Part shown: piece by piece, positions 8,968 through 17,893 of the stretch | How positions within the stretch are numbered: the first letter of the stretch is position 1 | How the letters are laid out: every line of letters begins with the position of its first letter | Source of the DNA: Synechocystis sp. PCC 6803 substr. PCC-P | GTDB taxonomy: Bacteria > Cyanobacteriota > Cyanobacteriia > Cyanobacteriales > Microcystaceae | Direction of reading: 5' to 3' | Length of the DNA: 32,000 bases | Assembly (NCBI RefSeq): GCF_000284455.1 | Contig: NC_017039.1 | Coordinates: forward strand, 2,100,001-2,132,000 | Notes under the pieces: generated by a model | Told to the model about the DNA's origin: nothing | The model's database searches: none | What the model saw: only the letters and a program-made list of their open reading frames with translations | Position numbers and translations under genes: made by a program

Positions 8968-11900
8968 TTAACTGGCGGTTAATTTTTGATGAAATTCATC
9001 TATGGGCATGGGGCGACCGTAGAAATAACCCTGGTAAAAATTGCAACCCAACTGGGCTAAAAATTGCACCTGTTCCTCCGTTTCCACCCCTTCCGCCACG
9101 ATCGCCAGATTGAAAGTGCGGGCTACGCTAATGATGGCTTCCACCAGGGCGGCATTGTTGAGGTCCTGGGGCGCATCCTGGACAAAGGCTCGGTCAATTT
9201 TCAGTTCATTCAGGGGTAACCGTTTCAGATAGGACAGGGAGGAATAGCCCGTACCAAAATCATCCACGGAAAAATGAATACCCAAAGTTTGCAGCTCAAA
9301 CATGGTGGCGATCGCCTGGTGGGTATCCTCCACAATTAAACCTTCCGTCACTTCCAGGGTGAGGCGATAGGGATCTACTCCGGTGCAGGCCAGCAAGTTT
9401 TTGATTTCCTTGGCAAAGTTGGCTTGGCGGAATTGGCGGGGACTGACATTAATGGCAATGCGCAGAGTTAAGCCCAATTGTTGCAGCCGGGCTAAGTACT
9501 GACAAACTTGCTCCAGTACAAAATCGCCAATGCCCCCGATTAAGCCAATTTCTTCGGCAATGGGAATGAAAATGTTGGGGGGAATAAAACCCCGACCGGG
9601 ATGATTCCAACGGAGTAAAGCCTCTGCCCCAATCCAGACACCATGGCTATCCACCTGGGGTTGCAAATAAACCTGGAATTGTTTTTGTTCCAGGGCTGAG
9701 CGTAGATCCGCCTCCAGGGCAAAGCGGGACTCCACTTCCAACTGCATCTGCGACTCGAATAAACAAACCTTATCCCGGCCAGCCTTTTTCGCTTGGTACA
9801 TGGCCGTGTCCGCCTCTTTAAACAAATCGCTAACTTTTTCGTTCAGTTTGGGGAAGAGGGTTATGCCGATACTGCCGCTAATCTGTACCTGTTCCGCTTC
9901 CAGGGTAAAAGGGGTGGCTAGGGCTTGGCGAATTTTTTCCCCCACCCCCAACCCCAACCTAGCCGCCAATTCCCGGTCATGGGCCAACTCCGGCAACAGC
10001 ACAATGAATTCATCTCCCCCCAAACGGGCCACGGTGTCGGAATCCCGCAAACTATCGGCCAATCTTTTTGCCACCATCTGCAACAGGCGATCGCCGCTGT
10101 CATGGCCCCGGGCATCGTTGAGGGTTTTAAAGCCATCGAGGTCTATCAAAACAATGGCACCGAAATGCTTCGACCGTTGGGCTAAAGCCAAGGCATTTTC
10201 CGCCCGGTCCAACAACAAACGACGGTTGGGCAAAGCGGTGAGGGGATCGTAATAGGCCAGGTTTTCAATCTGGGCCTCCGCCTGTTTTCGTTCCGTCACA
10301 TCGGTCAAAATACCTAACATCCGCAGGGGTTTGCCCTGGCTATCCCACTCGACAATTTTGCCCAGAGAAAGGAGCCATTTCCATTGCCCCGCCATGGTTC
10401 GTTGGCGACACTCCACTGCGTAACGGGGAATTTTTCCTTGGATATATTGGTCGTAGATTTCCCTGACCCTTTGTTGATCCTGGGGGTGGATGCGCTCCAG
10501 CCAGCGTTGCTCAGTTTCTTGGAAATACTGGGGGTCGTAGCCCAAAATTTGCCCGTATTGGGGCGAAACTACGGCTTGGCCCGTTTGTAAATTAAGGTCG
10601 TAAAAACCTTGGTTGGCCGCCTCCAGAGCCAGGCGTAACCGTTCTTCGTTTTCTCCCAATTGATTCTGGGCCCGCTGGTTGGCCTGGTCTAATTGGATCG
10701 CATCCAGGGCAAAGGAAAGGTTATCGCTAATTTCCTGGAGCAAATCCTGCTCGTCTTCGCTGAAAAAGCCCGCTTCCTGGGAATAAAAAGTCAACACCGC
10801 CACTACTTGGCCGCCCTGGCGGATGGGTACAGCGGCGGAGGAAAGAAAGCCATAGCGCATGGCACTGCCACGCCAAGGAGCCATTTTGGGGTCTTGGCTA
10901 ATGTTGGAGCAGATCACCAATCTTCCTTCCCTGGCGGCGGTACCGGTGGGACCCCGGCCGGCCGGTTCGTCTTTGAATGTGATGCGAATATTTTCTAGGT
11001 AAGCGGTGGTGTGACCCCCGGCCATGTAGGGAATGATGGTTTGGCGATCGGGGTCAATGAGCCCAAACCAGATCAGGGAAAACTGCCCCACTGCCACTCC
11101 CACATCGCAGATGGCCCGGAATAAATCATCCCGTTCGCGATTTTCGATGATGGCTCGGTTAACTTGGCTCAGGGTGGCGTATAGGCGGGAGAGATATTCA
11201 ATGCGCTGCTGGTTTTGTTTGCGTTCACTAATGTCCCGGACTACGGCCAGTAAGCGGGATTTGCCATCAATCACTGTGGGTTGAATGGATACTTCGGCCC
11301 AAAAGAGGCTGCCATCTTGTTTTTTCGCTAACCATTCAAACATTTGGGGCTCAGCGTTTCTGGCTTGGCGGAGTTTTTGCTCAATTTCTGCTTCGGTTTT
11401 ACCCGGTTTATCGGCACTGAAATCACCAATGGGCCGGCCAATGACTTCTTCTTTGTTGCCATAGCCATACATGGTCAACATAGGTTGGTTCACGTCCAGC
11501 ACTGTCGCCTGGTGAGCATCTTGAATAAAAATGGCTTCGTGGGTGGAGTTAAAAATTTCCCGGTAATTGCGCTCATTTCTTTCCAAGATGATTTCGGTGT
11601 AATGGGATTCGAGGAAACGACTCAGAAATTGGCTGACCGTGTTGAGTAGGGCTTTTTCCTCCGGCAAAAAATCCCGTTCTTCGCCATAGCAAACTTCTAA
11701 CTGGCCCCGATGGAAATGTTCCGTTTGGAATTCTGCTATCAAACAGTAATCGGTCTTTTGATAGTTAGGGCTTTGGTAGATGGAGTTGCCCCAGGTCAAA
11801 CGGGCGGAAGCTAATTTTTCGTAGCGGAAAGCCAGGGGCAAAAGGTCTACGGTGTTTTGTAAAAACTCCTCCAGCACCAAATCCGCTTGTTGGCCCATCT

Positions 11901-13704
11901 GGGCGATCGCCACTAAGCAATCCATTTCCTTAACCCGTTCCCGCAATTGCCCCAGGGTTGCCCGTAATTCTTTGGTTCTTTGCCTAATCTGATGGGTGAG
12001 ATTGGCCTGACTGTTGGTGATAATTGCCACAATGATGGTGACTAGAACTGTGATCCCCGTGCCCACACCAAAAGCGACCATGGCCATTTGCTTGGGATAG
12101 TTCTGGTTAAACTCTGGCCCGGGCCAAAGCAGCAGTGCATAGGCCCTGCCAAAAATAAACAGGGGGTAAACCTGGAATAGCTCCTTATTGCTCTGCCAAT
12201 TGTTCATAGAGAAGGGAGAAGGGGCAGACGAAGCCAAAACCAGAGGCGATCGATCCACACTCAGTTGCAACCACTGTAATTCCAGAGATTTATCACCAAA
12301 ACTAATTTCTCCAAAAGTTTGGGTCAAAAAGTCGTTCAATCGCAACACCACCGCTGCTACCCCCATGGGGGGATTTTCCAGATTACCGTCGGCAAACACT
12401 GGGGAATAAGCAACAATGCCCCTTTGTTTTCCCAATTCTTGGATCAGAGTCAGGGGATTGGTGGCGGTGGGTAGTCTATTCTCAAGGGCTTCATCCAAAG
12501 CCATTTTGGCAGACTCGTTAGAACTGACATCGAAGCCCAGGGCTATATCATTACCCGCCAATGGTTCCGCATAAAAAATTGGATAATAAACTTCCCTTCC
12601 CTCGGCAGGAACAGGTTTCCCCCGACGATTAAGTTCAAAAATTTGGAAATTCTCTATCCCATCCTGCCTGGCCCTACGTTCAAAATTTTCCCTATCGGCG
12701 GCGGTAACTTTAGGAATCCATTCCCAGGCTTGAATACTCAATTTTCTGATCATGGGTAGGGTAAACCGGGCAAACTCAGCACGGGTCACCTCCGCACTGG
12801 ACTCCATAAAGCTATTGAGGCTAGAAAGACCATAATTTTGCAATTCCCAAAGTTTTTGTGCAAACAAGTTAGCCCTTGGGATGGCAAGTTGGCTAAAATT
12901 TCTTTGGCTATTGAGTAAAGAATTCTCCTGAACCACTGCTGTTAGGGCCAGGGTTAGGAACAGACCCACGATCGCCGTGGCCAAAGCTTCCCCTTGGTTA
13001 GTGATGAAAGAATTTCTCCAGCGGCGGCGTTCCTGGAGCAGATAATCTCCCCCTAAAATTAAGGCTATTAATCCCACGGAGAACAGGAGGGGAGTCCAGA
13101 GTTTTTGCTGTAATTTTTGGTGCCACTGCCTCGCTTCCATATCCATGGCAACGATCACCAAAACCCTTTCGGATTGGGGCTGTAGGATGGGCGCATAGGC
13201 CGAAACAAAATTACCCCGTTCACTATGGTATGGACCAATGACTAATTTTTTGGAAGGGAGCTCAAATAACTGTCGGACCGCCTCCGGGGGATTTTTATAG
13301 ACGGCACCAGGGTCGCGGGCAAGAAAATCTCCGGACTTAAGACTATCAGGGCCAAAAAGAATTTTTCCACTCCTTATAACCATGGTGTATATGCTACGGT
13401 GCTCGAATGTCTGAGCGTAGGCAGCCATCTGATTGTGGAGTCTTTGGAAGGAAGGATTCTCCAAGTCTTGTGGGGTGAAGGAAAGCTCTTGAAAAAGTCG
13501 AAAGTTTAGGTTTAGGGAGACCATTTCCACCTGGCTCAGCAACTGTTGGCGCATCTGTTGACTAACCATTTCTATGCGCCAGTGGGCAACGGCAACTCCC
13601 CCAAAAATAATCAAAAAAATCAAGACAAGCAAAACCGCTCCCCGCCAAAACCCATGCCCCTGATGGGGCGGAACCGAAGACGGAGGAGGGGGCATGATGG
13701 ACAT
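8968..13704 (-). CDS. Multidomain c-di-GMP signalling protein: TM, Cache-like periplasmic domain, TM-TM, CHASE domain, TM, then GAF/PAS modules, GGDEF and EAL
   Basis: 1578 aa. There is CHASE-like sequence (IQAWEWIPKVTAADRENFERRARQDGI...YYPIFYAEPLAGNDIALGFDV). PAS segments include NERNYREIFNSTHEAIFIQD and NEERLRLALEAANQGFYDLN. The GGDEF motif is intact (codons at 10006-10020) with an RxxD I-site (RDSD) 5 residues upstream. The EAL domain is intact (EALLRW at 9616-9624, DDFGTGYSS, ELKIDR, EGVET). Confidence 0.92.
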   Translation of the reverse strand: MSIMPPPPSSVPPHQGHGFWRGAVLLVLIFLIIFGGVAVAHWRIEMVSQQMRQQLLSQVEMVSLNLNFRLFQELSFTPQDLENPSFQRLHNQMAAYAQTFEHRSIYTMVIRSGKILFGPDSLKSGDFLARDPGAVYKNPPEAVRQLFELPSKKLVIGPYHSERGNFVSAYAPILQPQSERVLVIVAMDMEARQWHQKLQQKLWTPLLFSVGLIALILGGDYLLQERRRWRNSFITNQGEALATAIVGLFLTLALTAVVQENSLLNSQRNFSQLAIPRANLFAQKLWELQNYGLSSLNSFMESSAEVTRAEFARFTLPMIRKLSIQAWEWIPKVTAADRENFERRARQDGIENFQIFELNRRGKPVPAEGREVYYPIFYAEPLAGNDIALGFDVSSNESAKMALDEALENRLPTATNPLTLIQELGKQRGIVAYSPVFADGNLENPPMGVAAVVLRLNDFLTQTFGEISFGDKSLELQWLQLSVDRSPLVLASSAPSPFSMNNWQSNKELFQVYPLFIFGRAYALLLWPGPEFNQNYPKQMAMVAFGVGTGITVLVTIIVAIITNSQANLTHQIRQRTKELRATLGQLRERVKEMDCLVAIAQMGQQADLVLEEFLQNTVDLLPLAFRYEKLASARLTWGNSIYQSPNYQKTDYCLIAEFQTEHFHRGQLEVCYGEERDFLPEEKALLNTVSQFLSRFLESHYTEIILERNERNYREIFNSTHEAIFIQDAHQATVLDVNQPMLTMYGYGNKEEVIGRPIGDFSADKPGKTEAEIEQKLRQARNAEPQMFEWLAKKQDGSLFWAEVSIQPTVIDGKSRLLAVVRDISERKQNQQRIEYLSRLYATLSQVNRAIIENRERDDLFRAICDVGVAVGQFSLIWFGLIDPDRQTIIPYMAGGHTTAYLENIRITFKDEPAGRGPTGTAAREGRLVICSNISQDPKMAPWRGSAMRYGFLSSAAVPIRQGGQVVAVLTFYSQEAGFFSEDEQDLLQEISDNLSFALDAIQLDQANQRAQNQLGENEERLRLALEAANQGFYDLNLQTGQAVVSPQYGQILGYDPQYFQETEQRWLERIHPQDQQRVREIYDQYIQGKIPRYAVECRQRTMAGQWKWLLSLGKIVEWDSQGKPLRMLGILTDVTERKQAEAQIENLAYYDPLTALPNRRLLLDRAENALALAQRSKHFGAIVLIDLDGFKTLNDARGHDSGDRLLQMVAKRLADSLRDSDTVARLGGDEFIVLLPELAHDRELAARLGLGVGEKIRQALATPFTLEAEQVQISGSIGITLFPKLNEKVSDLFKEADTAMYQAKKAGRDKVCLFESQMQLEVESRFALEADLRSALEQKQFQVYLQPQVDSHGVWIGAEALLRWNHPGRGFIPPNIFIPIAEEIGLIGGIGDFVLEQVCQYLARLQQLGLTLRIAINVSPRQFRQANFAKEIKNLLACTGVDPYRLTLEVTEGLIVEDTHQAIATMFELQTLGIHFSVDDFGTGYSSLSYLKRLPLNELKIDRAFVQDAPQDLNNAALVEAIISVARTFNLAIVAEGVETEEQVQFLAQLGCNFYQGYFYGRPMPIDEFHQKLTAS

Positions 13705-13855
13705 CGGGAAATTGGGGATAGATTACCCAGGGGAAAATGCCGGAGCTACCATTTCGAACAATAGTACTTTCCTTCCTGTTGCTTGCTCCGAGGGAAGACT
13801 TAATTCTTGCTAACCATTGGGGGATGGAGTTTATACGTTTCTCCATACCACCACC

Positions 13856-13875
13856 AGTTTAAACAAGTTTAAACA
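13856..13875. repeat. Perfect tandem duplication AGTTTAAACA x2, each unit containing the palindrome GTTTAAAC
   Basis: Read directly: ...ccaccAGTTTAAACAAGTTTAAACAaaattt... It lies in the 205-bp spacer upstream of the c-di-GMP gene start (13704) and downstream of the oxygenase cluster stop (13910). Confidence 0.85.
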
Positions 13876-13909
13876 AAATTTACTGAATTTTTGATAGGGC
13901 TAATACTGT

Positions 13910-15139
13910 TTATTTTTCCGTTAGATAGTGTACCGATGGGGCAGTTTGCAAAAATCGCTGCAATGCCCTGCCCTGGAGTCTTAAATAACGTTCCATGGAA
14001 TTGCCCTTCATCAGAGCCATGGATTTGTTTGTCCGGTCTACAAACGGTAGGGGGTCTAGGTAAGCTTGGTAGGATAACCAGGCTTCTTGATGGGTTTGAA
14101 AACTACGGTGCAAGGCTTCCGTTTCCTGGGCGAAACAGGCCCAAAGCATGGCTTCACATTCCTGGGCGGAAAGGCCAAATAGAGGCGAGGTTAATAACTT
14201 CGTAATGGTGTCGTATAAGGCGGGGTCGTACCAAAAAATTCCATTGATAGCAACGGACACATGGTAATGATCCCTTTGACATCCCCTAATGCCCAAATTG
14301 ACTAATTGCCGCTCAAAGACAGTGGGACTAGGAAAAAGACTTCCAACGTCGTGGGACAAAATGGTGGAAGTATTGAAATGAAAGCTTTCGTCTAGGAAAT
14401 GGTAGTAGGAAATTTGGGTTGGGATGGTGTTATGTTCCGGCTCCTGGGGTTGGTAAAAGTTACTCAGCTTATGCTGCACTAACTTACCATTCAAGGTCCG
14501 CAGTCCCCTTACAGTCAGGTATTGAGAAGCTAAAAAAGCATTGTTAGCAGACAGTAAACCAAAGCTTTGGAGTTGTATCCCTTTCCACCAATTTTTAAAC
14601 CAATTTGTGTTGGCAAAAATCATCGTTTCCCGGAAGGGCGATCGCCGGGGTTGGCCAAACAGATTACCGCCGAATAGGGTTGACTCTACTTGGTCAATTA
14701 CAGTCTGAAAAGCATTGATATGGCAACGTTCCTGGGAAGTTTCCAGGTCTAGGGTGTCACAAACTAAACGAAAATCTGTCAGAGGATATAAACCAGTGGC
14801 ACTGGTTTGATTGAAGAAAATAGTCGCCACTTCCGCCGCAATAATTTGACTGTAGTAAGCCACCCAATAAAGATGATTCAGAATTAATTTTTGCCCTGGA
14901 CTAGACTGTTCCCAAAGGGGAGTGCCGTGAAGTAAAGAAAATTCCGGTGCTTGCCAGTATTGATCCCGGCATTGCTGATAATCAAATTGCTCCGCCAATT
15001 GATCTAAATTAGGACTGTGATCTGTTTGCTTCGCCCGGCGGTAATTAAGTTCTAATTTTTTTCGAGTTTTGCTATCTTTTGCCAACAAGGATGTTGATGT
15101 AACATTGGGTTGAGACAAGGAATTAATCACAGCAGTCAT
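13910..15139 (-). CDS. AurF-like di-iron oxygenase family protein (ferritin-like fold)
   Basis: The ORF is open to 15148 (412 aa). The ATG at 15139 overlaps the upstream stop as ATGA. The ligand pattern is E-x33-E-x2-H (AAEVA...QERCH) plus H-x3-E-x2-H (YYHFLDESFH). From memory, this matches the AurF arrangement E101/E136-x2-H139/H223-x3-E227-x2-H230. Confidence 0.7.
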   Translation of the reverse strand: MTAVINSLSQPNVTSTSLLAKDSKTRKKLELNYRRAKQTDHSPNLDQLAEQFDYQQCRDQYWQAPEFSLLHGTPLWEQSSPGQKLILNHLYWVAYYSQIIAAEVATIFFNQTSATGLYPLTDFRLVCDTLDLETSQERCHINAFQTVIDQVESTLFGGNLFGQPRRSPFRETMIFANTNWFKNWWKGIQLQSFGLLSANNAFLASQYLTVRGLRTLNGKLVQHKLSNFYQPQEPEHNTIPTQISYYHFLDESFHFNTSTILSHDVGSLFPSPTVFERQLVNLGIRGCQRDHYHVSVAINGIFWYDPALYDTITKLLTSPLFGLSAQECEAMLWACFAQETEALHRSFQTHQEAWLSYQAYLDPLPFVDRTNKSMALMKGNSMERYLRLQGRALQRFLQTAPSVHYLTEK

Positions 15140-16041
15140 AGTACACATTGCTCAGCACTATAGGGCAGAAAACATTGTTGTCCCTCCAGACGAATGATAA
15201 TTTCTGGGGGCACTCCATGGTTCATTAAGGAACGCAAAAGATTAAGTTTTTGTTGACTGTTTTCTTCCGTTTTCAACTCCTGAAAGATTTTTTGGCGATC
15301 GCCAGGGGATAAATAACCTTTGCCCTGTTCTATGGCCTTGACCAATCTTTGGGGCCCCACCTGGACCATGTGCAAAAATTCCCTTAATGCCTGGTAGATA
15401 TTATCTAGACTTTGTTGCTCATACGGCCAGGTTTGTAATTGCTGGACTCCTGCGGCATGGTGACGGGCTTCAGCGGCTAAAAATCCCTGTAACGTTGCTT
15501 GCAGATGATTGTCCCGACAATGGTGTGCCAGGGAACGGTAATGGCTCAGCCCCCAACCCTCTAGCACTACCTGCACCATAGTTAGTAACAGGGCTTTATC
15601 GTCGGCTTCCAATAATTGCCCCATAAAAGATAAAAAACTATCCTGATTAAACTCTGGCTTTTGCTGAAAAAATTGTTCAATTTGGCATAAATGTTGCGCT
15701 TCATCGGCGGCAAATAAACTGTATAAAATTCGTTCTTCACAGGTTTCTGCCAACAGTGACATTTTAGCCATATAGCCCATGCCGGCCTGCTCCACCCAAT
15801 AAATTTCCGTCAGCAAGTCCTGGTTGGCGATCGCCAAAATTGTTGCCTGTTCCACGGCGCTGGCCTGTTGAAATATGGTGACTTGGTTTAAGCCAAAATA
15901 TTCGGCGGGCCAATATAATTTCTGGGTCAAATCAAGAGTTTCCTCCTCCCTCGGTCTATCCAGAGCAGAGGCAAAAATCCGATGCAGGCGATCGCCGGAG
16001 GCAAGGGAAGGTAAATTAAAGCCACTAACAGTTTGTGCCAT
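15136..16041 (-). CDS. Ferritin-like di-iron carboxylate protein, function unknown
   Basis: 301 aa. It has two exact copies of the E-x29-E-x2-H motif (WVEQAG...AADEAQH and VLEGWG...AAEARHH), the classical four-helix-bundle di-iron ligand set. The ATG at 16041 overlaps the upstream gene's 3' end by 17 nt. Confidence 0.7.
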   Translation of the reverse strand: MAQTVSGFNLPSLASGDRLHRIFASALDRPREEETLDLTQKLYWPAEYFGLNQVTIFQQASAVEQATILAIANQDLLTEIYWVEQAGMGYMAKMSLLAETCEERILYSLFAADEAQHLCQIEQFFQQKPEFNQDSFLSFMGQLLEADDKALLLTMVQVVLEGWGLSHYRSLAHHCRDNHLQATLQGFLAAEARHHAAGVQQLQTWPYEQQSLDNIYQALREFLHMVQVGPQRLVKAIEQGKGYLSPGDRQKIFQELKTEENSQQKLNLLRSLMNHGVPPEIIIRLEGQQCFLPYSAEQCVL

Positions 16042-17131
16042 GGATTTTTACACTTCCATTGTGGTTATTTATTACCGGGACAGACAAAGATTTGTCTTCA
16101 TCTAGTGATTGCCAAGTTTCCCACTGGAGAACAGGTTGTTGTTCCAGATGGTGAATAAATTCAAGAATTGATTTATCTTCTGCTAAAGGTGTTTTAAGCG
16201 CAAATTTAATTGTCTGAAAAATTTTTGTATCTCCCTTAGCAAAGTAATTACCCACCAGTTTAGTTAGCCAAAGAATGATGCCGTTAATAAACCAACCCCA
16301 AAGCCCAGGGCGATGCTTAGTCAACAAAATTGTTTGCCCTTCCGTTTGCCCATTTTTGCCTAAGCGCAGGGTAAACATAATATAAAAATGTAAAAAATCT
16401 GGCCCCAAAGTTACCGTTCCCGTACTGCCAAACCAATAGGATAAATTATAGGTACCTGCTTCCCGATAAAAGGGTTTAATCAAACGCACTAAAAGGGAAT
16501 CATTCCCCCCCTTGGTAGTGTTAGCAAAATTAATGATATTTTGATCAATAACCTCGGATTTAAAGTCAATTTCCACCGGAAAATTATGTACCGTATTGAA
16601 GTGGTGGGCATCGATGGCATTAACCATCACCACATTGGGATGGCAAGCTTTTGTAAAACTTTTACCCAACGCACTGACTACTTTTTCCTTGGTCAACTCT
16701 AGGGGCAGAGGCAAAGTTTGACTAGGTTGATTCCCAGTCCAGAGCCAAATTAAACCATAGGCTTCCGTCACGGGCCAGCTATTAACTTTCACCGGCAATG
16801 ATTTAGCTAAACAGGGTACTTCCACACAATGCCCATGGTGATCAAATCGCCAATTGTGGAAAAAACAACGTAAACTTTCCTCCTCCACTTTGCCCTCGGC
16901 CAAATGGGCTCCCATGTGGGGACAATAGGCATCCACCGCCACTACTTTGCCACTGTCAGTGCGATAAACCGCCAAGTCTTTACCTAGTAAAAATACTGCC
17001 TTAACTTGGCCTCGTTTTAATTGTTTTGAGCGCAGCAACCAGTACCAACCGGCCACGAAGCGCTGGGGCTGATTAAACACTTTGGCGGAGTTCGGTTTAG
17101 GCAGAAAGACCACGGTGGTCAGACCAATCAA
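16025..17131 (-). CDS. Rieske [2Fe-2S] non-heme iron oxygenase, alpha-subunit type (KshA/VanA-like architecture)
   Basis: Rieske motif C-P-H-x16-C-x2-H (CPHMGAHL...CFFHNWRF; Cys98 codon at 16922-16924). Mononuclear iron motif D-x2-H-x4-H (NAIDAHHFNTVH). The ORF is open to a GTG at 17215 (396 aa), which would overlap the upstream gene by 88 nt. The TTG at 17131 overlaps the upstream TGA as TTGA and gives 368 aa. A GTG at 17113 is also possible. Confidence 0.8.
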   Translation of the reverse strand: MIGLTTVVFLPKPNSAKVFNQPQRFVAGWYWLLRSKQLKRGQVKAVFLLGKDLAVYRTDSGKVVAVDAYCPHMGAHLAEGKVEEESLRCFFHNWRFDHHGHCVEVPCLAKSLPVKVNSWPVTEAYGLIWLWTGNQPSQTLPLPLELTKEKVVSALGKSFTKACHPNVVMVNAIDAHHFNTVHNFPVEIDFKSEVIDQNIINFANTTKGGNDSLLVRLIKPFYREAGTYNLSYWFGSTGTVTLGPDFLHFYIMFTLRLGKNGQTEGQTILLTKHRPGLWGWFINGIILWLTKLVGNYFAKGDTKIFQTIKFALKTPLAEDKSILEFIHHLEQQPVLQWETWQSLDEDKSLSVPVINNHNGSVKIHGTNC

Positions 17132-17847
17132 TTCAAGATATTTACAGCATAGCTGGAATGCCAAATTCTTAGTCCCGCTTTGGTCAAATTTTCCGTTGAC
17201 ACTTCCGCCAAACACACCAACTCATCCCCCTGGATATGGCCGGGGTTTTTTTGTAAAAAGAATTCCACATGGCGATCGCCTAATTTTTCCGTTGGCACCT
17301 GGCGCAGGTTAGGGGTTAATACTTGGGGCTGGGGTAAGCGCACAATGCCCAAACTAGGATCGTAGTTGGCTTGGAATTTGTTCTGGGCTAGCTGATGGAT
17401 AAAATTTTGTACAGGCGGGGGAGTGGGATGGAGATAGTGGGGATAGAATTCCTTGGCAAAAATGCTCAAAAATCGGTAGGTGCGATAGCCGGAAGAAATC
17501 AGGAGCCAATATAATTTTTCTGGCCTAGCCTCGTGGAGAATTTGCATGGCCTTGGTCCAAGCCTTGGCCAGGGCTGGGTTAGACCACATGGATGGGTCGG
17601 TGATGGTGTCACCAGAATAAACAATTCTGACGGTTTGTCCTTCCCATTGAGCAGGGTAGAAACCAAAGGTGGTGAAGCCTTTCAATATCCCAGCGGATTT
17701 GAGCAAAATCACCCAATCTTTGCCTCCTAGGTCAGCTTGAAACTGCGGCCAATGAACCCCCTCAAAGTGGGTTTGGAGCAATGCCAACATCAACCTTTGG
17801 TCAGCATCGGGGATTTGGTCGGCGGGCAACAGAAAGGCTTCGATCAT
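17128..17847 (-). CDS. Conserved-looking hypothetical protein of about 240 aa. An alpha/beta acyltransferase-like fold is only a weak guess.
   Basis: The ORF is open from a TTG at 17886 (252 aa), and the first ATG is at 17847. It has no TM helices and no motif I recognise. Its position between desD and the Rieske gene, with short or overlapping junctions, supports it being real. Confidence 0.55.
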   Translation of the reverse strand: MIEAFLLPADQIPDADQRLMLALLQTHFEGVHWPQFQADLGGKDWVILLKSAGILKGFTTFGFYPAQWEGQTVRIVYSGDTITDPSMWSNPALAKAWTKAMQILHEARPEKLYWLLISSGYRTYRFLSIFAKEFYPHYLHPTPPPVQNFIHQLAQNKFQANYDPSLGIVRLPQPQVLTPNLRQVPTEKLGDRHVEFFLQKNPGHIQGDELVCLAEVSTENLTKAGLRIWHSSYAVNILN

Positions 17848-17893
17848 AGATTTACGAGGGATTTTGCCATTTTGCTTCAATCCCAAGGCAATG

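Noticed and set aside
9800-10252. 150-aa plus-strand ORF inside the GGDEF/EAL gene
   Set aside because: It is antisense to a strongly supported domain-coding region (the GGDEF motif lies at 10006-10020), and its sequence is Ser/Arg-rich and low in complexity.
13562-13846. 94-aa minus-strand ORF overlapping the 5' end of the c-di-GMP gene
   Set aside because: It overlaps the real gene by about 140 nt in another frame, has no motifs, and more likely represents promoter or 5' UTR sequence.
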